From Planctomycetota bacterium (lineage in GTDB: Bacteria > Planctomycetota > UBA8108 > UBA1146): a DNA stretch of 64,000 bases. Location of the stretch: positions 32,001 to 96,000 of the forward strand of contig JAYZBV010000037.1 of NCBI GenBank assembly GCA_036338595.1, written 5' to 3'. The notes under the pieces are model-generated. The model saw nothing but the letters and a program-made list of their open reading frames with translations. It had not been told where the DNA came from and made no database searches. The position numbers were made by a program, and so were the translations under genes. This document shows, piece by piece, positions 19,148-27,478 of the stretch (position 1 is the first letter of the stretch; the number at the start of each line of letters is the position of its first letter).

Positions 19148-19643
19148 TTCAGGCTCCTTTTATTGCCACGGGGCCGCTCCTGGGCGAAGGAACAGGACAT
19201 CGTGGATTTCCCGGAAGTACAGGGAAGAGTAGCATCTGGGCTCCGGATCGAGCCAAGAGGGAGGCGGGGGCCAGAGGTCGAATCGGGCTCAACCGGGGCT
19301 CAGCAGCCTCTCAGCGGACATTCGCCTCTCATCGATGAATCTCACCGCAGGACAACCCCGAATTCGTCGATGGAGTGCCCCGGCACGGAGGTCCCTGGCA
19401 GGCGAAGAGGCGACTCGATGCGGCGGTGCCTGCAACTCTCGCATGACCCCACCGGGGAGTGAATGGAACCGACCCGATTCGATCCAGAAGTGTTGCATCA
19501 AAGAACGAGGAGCGATCGGGCAAAGCCCGATCGCTCCCTGTTCATCCGTCGGATCGGGTAGCAAAAGCGACCCTCATGTGGAGACTGCAGCCCGTTCGCC
19601 CAGGAGCATCATCGAGGTGCATCATCGCGCGGCCACTTCGAGG

Positions 19644-20390
19644 CTACGGAAAAACGATTACCTCGACGCGTCGATTCTTGCTGCGACCCTCCTTGGTACT
19701 GTTGTCGAAGACCGGCCGCTGGGCACCATAACCGACCGCAGCGATCCTGTTCGCAGCCGCGGCGTTGGCGCTGATCAGTTCTCTCAACACCGAGCATGCA
19801 CGGGTAGAACTCAGTTCCCAGTTGGATGCCCATCTGGACTTTGTTTTCTTGACCGGTGTCGAATCGGAATGGCCCTCGACGCGAATCTCTCGACCCGCAA
19901 ATTGATCACGAAGCACCACTGCCAGCTTTCCGAGCGCCTGCTGGCCACGCTTGGAAATATCTGCAGATCCTGAGTTGAAGAGGACCTGCTGGTCGAGGGT
20001 CAAAGTCACCATGCCGCCGTCAGCACTCGCCTTGAGGCCGTCGATTCCATCGAAGCCATCCAGGTTGGGTTCGCCGACATCTTCGATGATCGCAGAAGCA
20101 GGAGTCGGCCGCGCGATGAGCATCTCATTTTCTGCGATCAGTGCGGCATTCTTGGCGCTGATATCTGCAAATCTCTTCTGAAATCCCACCAACTCGTCGA
20201 CCGCTTCTTGCTGCTGTCGCTCGGATGTGGCGAGCTGGAACTCCAGGCGATCGCGCTGCTCCTCCGCTGTTCGCAACTTGTCCTGATTGTAGGCCAGTTC
20301 ACGTTCGAGACTGGTGGTCTGGCAACCTGCCGTGATCGAGGCGATGAGAAATAACAGTAGCCCGCGAGAAATCGATGACATCCTGATCAC
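19644..20390 (-). CDS. OmpA/MotB-family lipoprotein with coiled coil
   Basis: Lipobox ITAGC, coiled coil, LFNSGSA, VEGHSD, NWELSSTRA, NRRVEV. Confidence 0.9.
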   Translation of the reverse strand: MIRMSSISRGLLLFLIASITAGCQTTSLERELAYNQDKLRTAEEQRDRLEFQLATSERQQQEAVDELVGFQKRFADISAKNAALIAENEMLIARPTPASAIIEDVGEPNLDGFDGIDGLKASADGGMVTLTLDQQVLFNSGSADISKRGQQALGKLAVVLRDQFAGREIRVEGHSDSTPVKKTKSRWASNWELSSTRACSVLRELISANAAAANRIAAVGYGAQRPVFDNSTKEGRSKNRRVEVIVFP

Positions 20391-20540
20391 TCCCCTTTCA
20401 GTGATGTTTTCGACGCGACGAGTGACCCGAAAGGGTCACCGCCTCCCGGAAGATAGCCCCCAGGGACGCCGCGCAGGATACCCCTGACCGGAGGGCCGGG
20501 AAACTGACCTGATGAGAAGATAAGGAACCTGACGACCTGT

Positions 20541-21602
20541 TCAGCCCTGCAGCAACTGGGTATATCGATTCCAGATCCACTCCAATTCCGGTCGAGCCAG
20601 CAACATCGAGGCGGCTCCGGCAGCGAGGAATGGGCCGAAGGGGATGTAGCGCGAGCCCTTGACCTTCCACAACCAGATCCCCACCACCGAGCCGAGCACG
20701 CAGGCGATCAGAAAGGCGATGAGGACCTCGACCGGCCCCAGAGTTGCGCCGAGGAAGCCCATCCACTTCACATCTCCGAACCCCATTGCAGGTTTTCGAA
20801 AGATGACCGATCCGATCCAGCCGATGCCCCAGATGCAGCCGGAACCGACCGCTGCGCCGCCGAGGCTCAGCACGATCCTGTGCAGGGGCGAAACGGCCAG
20901 AAGCGAGGGATCGATCATGCTGGCCGCCAGCAGCAATCCGAGCAGTCCACCGACAACATAGGCGAGCAGGCTGTCACTGAAGCCACGGCGCTGCTGCTGC
21001 CAGTTGGGCACGAAGCGGTGAAATCCGCCCCCGATGAGCGCGACTCCCCCGGCCACAGCGATCCAGATCTGCGGATTCTTCAGGTCCAGGGTCACCGAGG
21101 AGGGATCGATGGTGAAAACGTAGCCACTCTCGGTGAGCCAGGAGAACCATGGAGACAGTAGCAAGACCAGAGCTGTTCCTGGAATCGTGATTCGATCGGG
21201 GATGATGCGATGGTCGAGGTCGATGCCGCTGACGACGATCAGAGTCGAGACCCAGATCCACAGCACCAGAACGGTGAAGAAATCGATGACCTCTTCGAAT
21301 TGCCCTCCGAGCCGCACCGCAATCAGAAGGAAGATGGCAGCGCTGAACGCCTCCACCAGCGGGTATCTCGGCGAGATCGGGTTGGAGCAGTCTCGACAGC
21401 GTCCTCGTAGCCACATCCAGGCCAGCACCGGTACATTGTCGAACCAACGCACCGGAGCCTTGCAGGAGGGGCAGAAGGAGCCGCGCGGATGGCTCACCCG
21501 TAGCCCATCGATGGGGATGCGGTAGATGCACACGTTCAGGAAGGACCCGACGATCCCTCCGAGCAGGCCTGAAAAGAGCAACACGATCGGGTACGAGATC
21601 AA
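20541..21602 (-). CDS. pilD: Prepilin peptidase/methyltransferase
   Basis: GSFLNVCIYRIP, SFCPSC, GRCRDC, ISPRYP, IDLDH..IPD, MGFGDVK, IPFGPFL; TTG 21602 overlaps the aroK stop. Confidence 0.93.
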   Translation of the reverse strand: MISYPIVLLFSGLLGGIVGSFLNVCIYRIPIDGLRVSHPRGSFCPSCKAPVRWFDNVPVLAWMWLRGRCRDCSNPISPRYPLVEAFSAAIFLLIAVRLGGQFEEVIDFFTVLVLWIWVSTLIVVSGIDLDHRIIPDRITIPGTALVLLLSPWFSWLTESGYVFTIDPSSVTLDLKNPQIWIAVAGGVALIGGGFHRFVPNWQQQRRGFSDSLLAYVVGGLLGLLLAASMIDPSLLAVSPLHRIVLSLGGAAVGSGCIWGIGWIGSVIFRKPAMGFGDVKWMGFLGATLGPVEVLIAFLIACVLGSVVGIWLWKVKGSRYIPFGPFLAAGAASMLLARPELEWIWNRYTQLLQG

Positions 21603-22111
21603 AGATCCTCCTCGAGACGCGACAGGATAGCATCGACCACCATGGATGGTGAAATTCCGTCGGTCTCGAGTGCCTCGGCACACAACTGCCGATAGAGCGG
21701 TTCTCGATCTCTTCGCAACTGCTCCAGCAACTGGCTACGGCTACCGCCCTCGAGAAGTGGACGTATCTGCTGCTGACTGCGTTCGATCAGGATGGGATGG
21801 CTCGCATCGAGCCAGAAGCAGCGCCAAAGCGACAGATATTGGCGGTTCTCGGGCATCTCGACGACACCGCCACCGGTCGCCATGACGACCCGGGCATCGT
21901 GTCGATCGGTCGCTGTTGCGACGAAAAGGGCCTCCGCGGCCCTGAAAGCCGGGAGGCCCTTCTCGTGGATCCAACGGGCTGCACTCCAGCCCGATTGCTT
22001 CTCGAGTTCCTGATCGACATCCAGGAAGCGATAGCCGATCCGGCTGGCCAGCAGTGCTCCGACCGTGCTCTTACCGCTTCCGGGGAGACCGATCAGCGCT
22101 ACCCGCTCCAT
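21599..22111 (-). CDS. aroK: Shikimate kinase
   Basis: GLPGSGKST, FR..E, ATGGG, RPLL, REPLY. Confidence 0.93.
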   Translation of the reverse strand: MERVALIGLPGSGKSTVGALLASRIGYRFLDVDQELEKQSGWSAARWIHEKGLPAFRAAEALFVATATDRHDARVVMATGGGVVEMPENRQYLSLWRCFWLDASHPILIERSQQQIRPLLEGGSRSQLLEQLRRDREPLYRQLCAEALETDGISPSMVVDAILSRLEEDL

Positions 22112-22121
22112 CCGCTGCCTT

Positions 22122-24152
22122 TCAGCGACGATTCAATGGTATCGAGATCTCGATCAGTTCGAGATCGCGACGAACCGTGATCTGGATCTCGGCGAGTCCC
22201 GAGTACTGCAACGAATCCTGGATGTCCTCGATGGAGCGAACTTCCATCTCGCAGATCCGGATGATCCAGTCGCCACGCTTCAACCCTGCATCGTGAGCCA
22301 GCGACCCCTCGTGCACCTCGGTCAGCAGGATGCCGATGGCATTCTCTTCCACCTCGATGCCGAGCACCGGCGGTTCCTGGTACGCCGCCGGCACCACATC
22401 CGCCTCCATCACCGGGTTGTCGAGCGGATCCTGCTGGCGGTGAGCCACCAGATGCCGGACCTCATCGCCACGGATGACCTCCATCTCGATGGCAGATCCG
22501 GAACCGATGCTCGACAGCACCTCACCGATCTCATCGAGAGATCGGATCGCCACTCCATCGATCGTGAGCAATCGATCCCCCACCTCGGCTCCCGCGATGC
22601 CGGCACCGCTACCCGGCAATATCGCATCGATGAGGGCTCCATCTGCGTCCCAGGACACGATGATGCCCAGTTTTCCCGGCGTGCGTTCCGGCACCGGAGC
22701 GACGCGGGCCGACGATGGGACCGGTGTCGCCACCTTCTCATCATCCTCGGTGACAGCGGACTGCCCCTCTGCGGTCGGATAGGTGCCCAGCACCCCCTCG
22801 ACCACCCTGGGGTCCTCTCCCGAGCGGACGAAACCGATCACGATGCTGTCGCCTGCCATGCGCCCGGCGAGCGCCTTGCGCAGGTCATCGATCGATTGCA
22901 CCTGCTGGCCTCCGACGGTGGAGAGTTGATCACCCACCTTGAGTTTCATCTGCTCGGCACAACTGCCGGGAATGACCTCCTCGACAAAGACTCCCGCCCC
23001 CTTCTCCACCGGAGCCACGCCCAGGAAGCCTGGATCCCTGGCCACCGGCACGGCGGCATCCGAGGCATCGGAAGCGGATGTGGGGTCTCCGAGGCGCACC
23101 GCGGCCAGATCACCGCCTCCAAAACGGATCTGGATCGTCCAGGGCGAGCCGCCCCGGCTGTACCCGACCGTGGTCTCGACACCTGGAGTGGTGGCGTTCA
23201 ATACATCTCGCAGGCCTTCGATGGTGCGAATGCGGGCATCGCCGAAGTGAGTGATCAGATCTCCGGCAGCGAATCCCGCAACCTGACCATTGGAACCGTC
23301 CTCGACGGTGACCACTTCCAATCCGAACTCATCGGATTGCACCACCGTGATCCCCAGCGCGATCCCGGCTTTGACCACGGGTACTGGCTCCGGTGCTGGC
23401 GGCAATGGTTCGACCAGCCGTATGGCGGGGATGCTCCGTGGAACTTCGGCCACTGGCACCGCTTCCGCCCACTCCTTCATGATGCCTCTGCCCGTCACTT
23501 TCAGAACTCCGTCGCTTCCCTTGCGAGCCCACCCGATGGTGACCGCATCTCCAGCCTTCTTCGAACCCAGAATCGTGACCAACTGGTCCATATCAGCGCC
23601 CTGACCGTCGAGCTCGAAAATCGCATCGCCAGATCGAATACCCATCTGATCCGCGGTACTGCCCTCGGTCACGTCCTCGACCAGGACCGAGCCGGCCCCA
23701 TCGACCTCGAGGGTGGCGGCCTGTTCCTGGCTCATCTCGACGATCTGAACCCCGAGCTGGCCACGGGGCCTATCGGGATCTGTCGCGGCAGCCACCGTCT
23801 GCGCCTGCCCACGGAGCTGGGCCAGTTCTACCAGGGCTGCTTCGAGTGCCTTCTGTAACTCGATCTTCTCTGCCGTCAAGACCGAGATCGTCTGCCTCGC
23901 TGCCTCCAGATCGGCGCGGGGGCCTTCCTGGGCACGAGCCAACTCCGCCCTGAATTGCTCCTTCATCTTCTCCAGTTCGGCGACGAATCGAGCCTCGATC
24001 TCCTTGAGGTCATCGTCTAGCTGGACTCCGTCCTTGACGGAATCGGAACGGATCACATCTGCAGCGATCACATTCGAAGAAACCATGCCGAGAAGCATGA
24101 TCAGAAATAGGGCTCTTGCCCTGGTGAAGATGTGCATGGGGATGATGCTCAT
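22122..24152 (-). CDS. Exported coiled-coil protein with five PDZ domains
   Basis: Signal-like N-terminus, coiled coil, five xLG(V/I)...GS.A...G...GD.(I/L) PDZ units; start estimated at ATG 24152. Confidence 0.85.
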   Translation of the reverse strand: MSIIPMHIFTRARALFLIMLLGMVSSNVIAADVIRSDSVKDGVQLDDDLKEIEARFVAELEKMKEQFRAELARAQEGPRADLEAARQTISVLTAEKIELQKALEAALVELAQLRGQAQTVAAATDPDRPRGQLGVQIVEMSQEQAATLEVDGAGSVLVEDVTEGSTADQMGIRSGDAIFELDGQGADMDQLVTILGSKKAGDAVTIGWARKGSDGVLKVTGRGIMKEWAEAVPVAEVPRSIPAIRLVEPLPPAPEPVPVVKAGIALGITVVQSDEFGLEVVTVEDGSNGQVAGFAAGDLITHFGDARIRTIEGLRDVLNATTPGVETTVGYSRGGSPWTIQIRFGGGDLAAVRLGDPTSASDASDAAVPVARDPGFLGVAPVEKGAGVFVEEVIPGSCAEQMKLKVGDQLSTVGGQQVQSIDDLRKALAGRMAGDSIVIGFVRSGEDPRVVEGVLGTYPTAEGQSAVTEDDEKVATPVPSSARVAPVPERTPGKLGIIVSWDADGALIDAILPGSGAGIAGAEVGDRLLTIDGVAIRSLDEIGEVLSSIGSGSAIEMEVIRGDEVRHLVAHRQQDPLDNPVMEADVVPAAYQEPPVLGIEVEENAIGILLTEVHEGSLAHDAGLKRGDWIIRICEMEVRSIEDIQDSLQYSGLAEIQITVRRDLELIEISIPLNRR

Positions 24153-24326
24153 TTTTTTCCCTTCCTCCTCATTGGAGGTCCCTTGGTTCGAGGTCTGCGT
24201 TCGAGGTCTGCGTGCGGTGAAGATCGCGGCCATTCGCCAGCCAGTGACACTCACGTTACTCGGTGATTCTGACCGACACACCGCTGCTCGGCAATAACCA
24301 GAGCCGGGATCTCCTGAGACGCTGGA

Positions 24327-25490
24327 TCAGCACAGGAGATCACGAATTCGTGCGATCGCTTGCTTCAGTTCATCGTCTGGCCGGGCAAAAGATATGCGGA
24401 TACAGCCCTCAGAGCCAAAAGCTCCACCGGGTACCACGGCGACGTTCTTCTCCTCGAGCAGGCGAAGAGCAAATGCATCGGCGTTCTCTGCAACACCATC
24501 GACTCCCAGTCGCTCGGAAACATCGAGGAACAGGTAGAAAGCTCCACCAGGAAATGCAAAGTGTGTCCCCGGAATATCGGAGAGCCCGTCGACAAGGAGA
24601 TCCCTTCGCTGACGGAAGCAGTCATACATCGACACCAGGTCCGGGTGGTCAAACTGATCGAGTGCAGTGGCGATACACGCCTGAGAAACGCTACAGGCAT
24701 TGGCAGAGTTCTGGCTCTGAAGCCTTCCCATCGCCGCCGCCAGCGGTGGGCTACAGACGGTCCAACCGATCCTCCAGCCGGTCATGGCAAACGACTTGGA
24801 TAGACCGGAAATCAGCGCCACTCGCTGAGGATCGACGCTGAAGGGGCTCTGGTGCTCTCCGTCGTGGACGAGGCTCTCGTAGATCTCGTCTGAAATGACC
24901 CAGAGGTCGTTTTCTCGGGCGAATTCCACCACCATCGCGATGTCCTCGGGGCTACTCACCGTCCCTGTCGGGTTGCCGGGCTCGTTGAGTATCAGCCCCG
25001 TGGTACGAGGAGTGAGGTATCTGGCCAGCAGCTCGGGTGTCAGACGATGGCCGTCCCTGCAGTCGGTGGGTACCTTTACCGGAACCCCTTCAGCAAGAGT
25101 GATCAGTTCCGGATACGAGACCCAGTATGGCACCGCCAACATCACTTCGTCACCTGGATCCACCAGCGAGAGCAAGCACTGGGAGAGGGACTGTTTTGCT
25201 CCCGATGAGATCACGACCATCGAAGGATCGACTTCGACCCCACGAGTTCGTGTGACATGACGGCAGATCGCTTCTCGCGCCTCGATGTGGCCCGCCGCAG
25301 CAGTGTATCGAGTCCAACCTGCATCCATCCCTGCCTTCGCTGCATCGCGGATGAATTGCGGTGTCGGGAAATCAGGTTCCCCCACGCTGAGGTTGAGAAT
25401 CTCCTGCCCATCTCGGATGAGGTCCTGCAACCTGGCGTTGAGGGTCAGGGTCGCTGACGGTTGAATGGTACGGACGCGCTGGCTGATCAT
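24327..25490 (-). CDS. PLP-dependent aminotransferase class I/II (aspartate aminotransferase-like)
   Basis: GEPDF, GAKQ, PYWVSY, PGNPTG, SDEIY, SKSFAMTGWRIG. Confidence 0.93.
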   Translation of the reverse strand: MISQRVRTIQPSATLTLNARLQDLIRDGQEILNLSVGEPDFPTPQFIRDAAKAGMDAGWTRYTAAAGHIEAREAICRHVTRTRGVEVDPSMVVISSGAKQSLSQCLLSLVDPGDEVMLAVPYWVSYPELITLAEGVPVKVPTDCRDGHRLTPELLARYLTPRTTGLILNEPGNPTGTVSSPEDIAMVVEFARENDLWVISDEIYESLVHDGEHQSPFSVDPQRVALISGLSKSFAMTGWRIGWTVCSPPLAAAMGRLQSQNSANACSVSQACIATALDQFDHPDLVSMYDCFRQRRDLLVDGLSDIPGTHFAFPGGAFYLFLDVSERLGVDGVAENADAFALRLLEEKNVAVVPGGAFGSEGCIRISFARPDDELKQAIARIRDLLC

Positions 25491-25750
25491 TTGAACTCCG
25501 ATTTCTCTCGATCCGATGAGATCGATGCGATGAGAGTGCGGATACTATCGCCAAGCATCGTGACTTGCGAGGCACGGAAGCCATTCAATGGCGCTTTCGA
25601 CGCCATCTCGCCACCATCCTGAAAGTTGCAGCGGTCAGCAGTGTGGCTATGATGGAGGAGAATGGCGCTCGCTAGATCGTCGAAAATTGTGGATTTGGCC
25701 CGTATTGGCGTCAAGGTACACGCAAGTGCCCGAATTGAACGAGGTCCCCG

Positions 25751-26569
25751 ATGCACCAGAAGATCGCCTTGCCCATGTTGTTGACGCTACTGCTGTCAGG
25801 ATCCGTATTTCTGACGCCCTCCGCCGCACAGGCTCAGATGCTCTTTACCCGTGGCGATTGCAACATCGATGGGGTGATCAACATCGCAGATGCGGTGCTG
25901 GGACTGGGTATCCTGTTTTCCGGAGCTGGCCCTGCCGATTGCGCCGATGCCTGTGATGTCAACGACGATGGCCAAAACGACATCAGCGACCCCATCTTCA
26001 TGCTCGGCAACCTCTTCTCCAGTGGCCCGAACCCGCCACCACCCGATGACTGCGGTGCCGATCCCAGCCCGGATAGCCTCGATTGCCTGACCGGCCCCAG
26101 CACCTGTCCACCACCGGTGGAGGATTGCAGCAATGGTGTCGACGATGACGGAGATACATTGATCGACTGCGCTGATCCCGATTGTGATACCGATCCGATC
26201 TGCGCACCCCCACTCTCCTTCGATCTGGATATTTATCAGATCATCATCGATGAGTGCACCTTCTGTCACGGCCCCCCGTCCAATTTCGCCGACCTGGATC
26301 TATCCACCACCGCTGGAAATGATCCCTACGCACGAATCGTCAACACGCCCTCGGACGAATGCGATTCCTATGATCTTGTCGAACCGGGTGACTCCCAGGC
26401 CAGCTGGCTATACCGGAAGATCAGCGGCACTCATGTCGAGGCAGCGACATCTGCAGGCTGTTTAGCGATGGATGCAGGAGACCAGATGCCACTGGGGCCC
26501 TTCTGTTGCCTGGAGACGACACAGATCGAACTGATCCAGCAGTGGATCGATGAAGGAGCCAATCCCTGA
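25751..26569 (+). CDS. Secreted dockerin-like / Cys-Asp motif / cytochrome c protein
   Basis: Signal peptide; RGDCNIDGVINIAD...DVNDDGQNDISD; CSNGVDDDGDTLIDCADPDC; CTFCH heme motif...VEPGD..S.L...MP...IQQWIDEGA. Confidence 0.8.
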   Translation: MHQKIALPMLLTLLLSGSVFLTPSAAQAQMLFTRGDCNIDGVINIADAVLGLGILFSGAGPADCADACDVNDDGQNDISDPIFMLGNLFSSGPNPPPPDDCGADPSPDSLDCLTGPSTCPPPVEDCSNGVDDDGDTLIDCADPDCDTDPICAPPLSFDLDIYQIIIDECTFCHGPPSNFADLDLSTTAGNDPYARIVNTPSDECDSYDLVEPGDSQASWLYRKISGTHVEAATSAGCLAMDAGDQMPLGPFCCLETTQIELIQQWIDEGANP

Positions 26570-26613
26570 TGCACTCTCGGGGACGATGTGAAGTGTCGAA
26601 TCGGGTGCTGATC

Positions 26614-26641
26614 TTGACTTCTGGTCACCGAGGCCTACACT
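26614..26641 (+). promoter_or_regulatory. Sigma70-like promoter for the tRNA
   Basis: TTGACT-N16-TACACT, 17 nt upstream of the tRNA. Confidence 0.55.
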
Positions 26642-26658
26642 CCCGTTTTCCGTTCTGA

Positions 26659-26742
26659 GCCGAGGTGGCGGAACTGGCAGACGCGCCAGGTTAAGGACCT
26701 GGTGGGCATTAGCCCATGGGGGTTCGAGTCCCCCCCTCGGCA
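26659..26742 (+). tRNA. tRNA-Leu, anticodon AAG (CCA not encoded)
   Basis: Acceptor GCCGAGG/CCTCGGC with A73, anticodon stem CCAGG/CCTGG with loop TT-AAG-GA, long variable arm GGGC/GCCC, T arm GGGGG-TTCGAGT-CCCCC. Confidence 0.95.
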
Positions 26743-26780
26743 TTTGACTTCCCCTGCACTCTCATCTGCTTCATCACTAC

Positions 26781-26820
26781 CTTCCGTCTCCATCCGTCTC
26801 CATCCGTCTCTTTCCGTCTC
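26781..26820 (+). repeat. Four tandem 10-bp units NNTCCGTCTC
   Basis: cttccgtctc catccgtctc catccgtctc tttccgtctc. Confidence 0.85.
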
Positions 26821-26842
26821 CTGGCGATGCCTGATTCACGAC

Positions 26843-26878
26843 AAAAAAACAGGGAGACGGGGCACTGCCCCATCTCCC
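26843..26878 (-). terminator. Rho-independent terminator downstream of the histone-like gene
   Basis: Minus strand GGGAGATGGGGC-agt-GCCCCGTCTCCC, then TG and T7. Confidence 0.8.
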
Positions 26879-27058
26879 CATTTTGTTGGCCCCGACCCGA
26901 TCCGAACCAGTGAGCTCTTGCCCCCCGGATCGACCCTGGTCAGTCCCGGGTACTTCTTCCCTCGCCTCACCAATACTCGTACTTGGGACGAGTTCTCGGT
27001 GAAGACTCGGAACGCACCGCGCGGGTGCGCCAGGGTCGATGCTGACCGGAAGGCTTGG

Positions 27059-27478
27059 CTACTTTTTTTTGCGCCGCTTGGCCTTCTTCTTGGCCTTGCG
27101 CTTGGCTGGCTTCTTCTTGGCCTTGCGCTTGGCCTTCTTCTTGGCCTTCTTCTTGGCTGGCTTCTTCTTTGCCTTGCGCTTGGCCTTCTTCTTCGTGGCC
27201 TTCTTCTTCGTCTTGCGCTTGGCCTTCTTCTTGGTCTTGCGCTTGGCCTTCTTCTTCGCAGCCTTCTTCTTGGTCTTGCGCTTGGCCTTCTTCTTCGCAG
27301 CCTTCTTCTTGGTCTTGCGCTTGGCCTTCTTCTTCGCCTTCTTCTTCGCCTTGCGCTTCGCGGGCTTCCGCTTCGCGGCCTTCTTCTTCGTCTTGCGCTT
27401 CGCGGTTTTCCGCTTCGCGGTTTTCCGCTTAGCGGTCTTCCGTTTCGCCTTCTTCTTCGCCGCCTTCTTCTTGGCCAT
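27059..27478 (-). CDS. Lys/Ala/Arg-rich histone H1-like DNA-binding protein
   Basis: 139 aa made only of M, K, A, R, T, P; KKKAKRKT repeats; 39-bp tandem period at about 27222-27337; RBS TAGGAG; GC-rich third positions (AAG/GCC/CGC). Confidence 0.85.
   Translation of the reverse strand: MAKKKAAKKKAKRKTAKRKTAKRKTAKRKTKKKAAKRKPAKRKAKKKAKKKAKRKTKKKAAKKKAKRKTKKKAAKKKAKRKTKKKAKRKTKKKATKKKAKRKAKKKPAKKKAKKKAKRKAKKKPAKRKAKKKAKRRKKK

Noticed and set aside
26686..26702. Reading the tRNA anticodon as TAA
   Set aside because: Shifting the loop by one base destroys the anticodon stem; only AAG is centred in a 7-nt loop.
26743..27058. Integrated element at tRNA-Leu
   Set aside because: No integrase, and I saw no duplicated tRNA 3' end elsewhere in the window.
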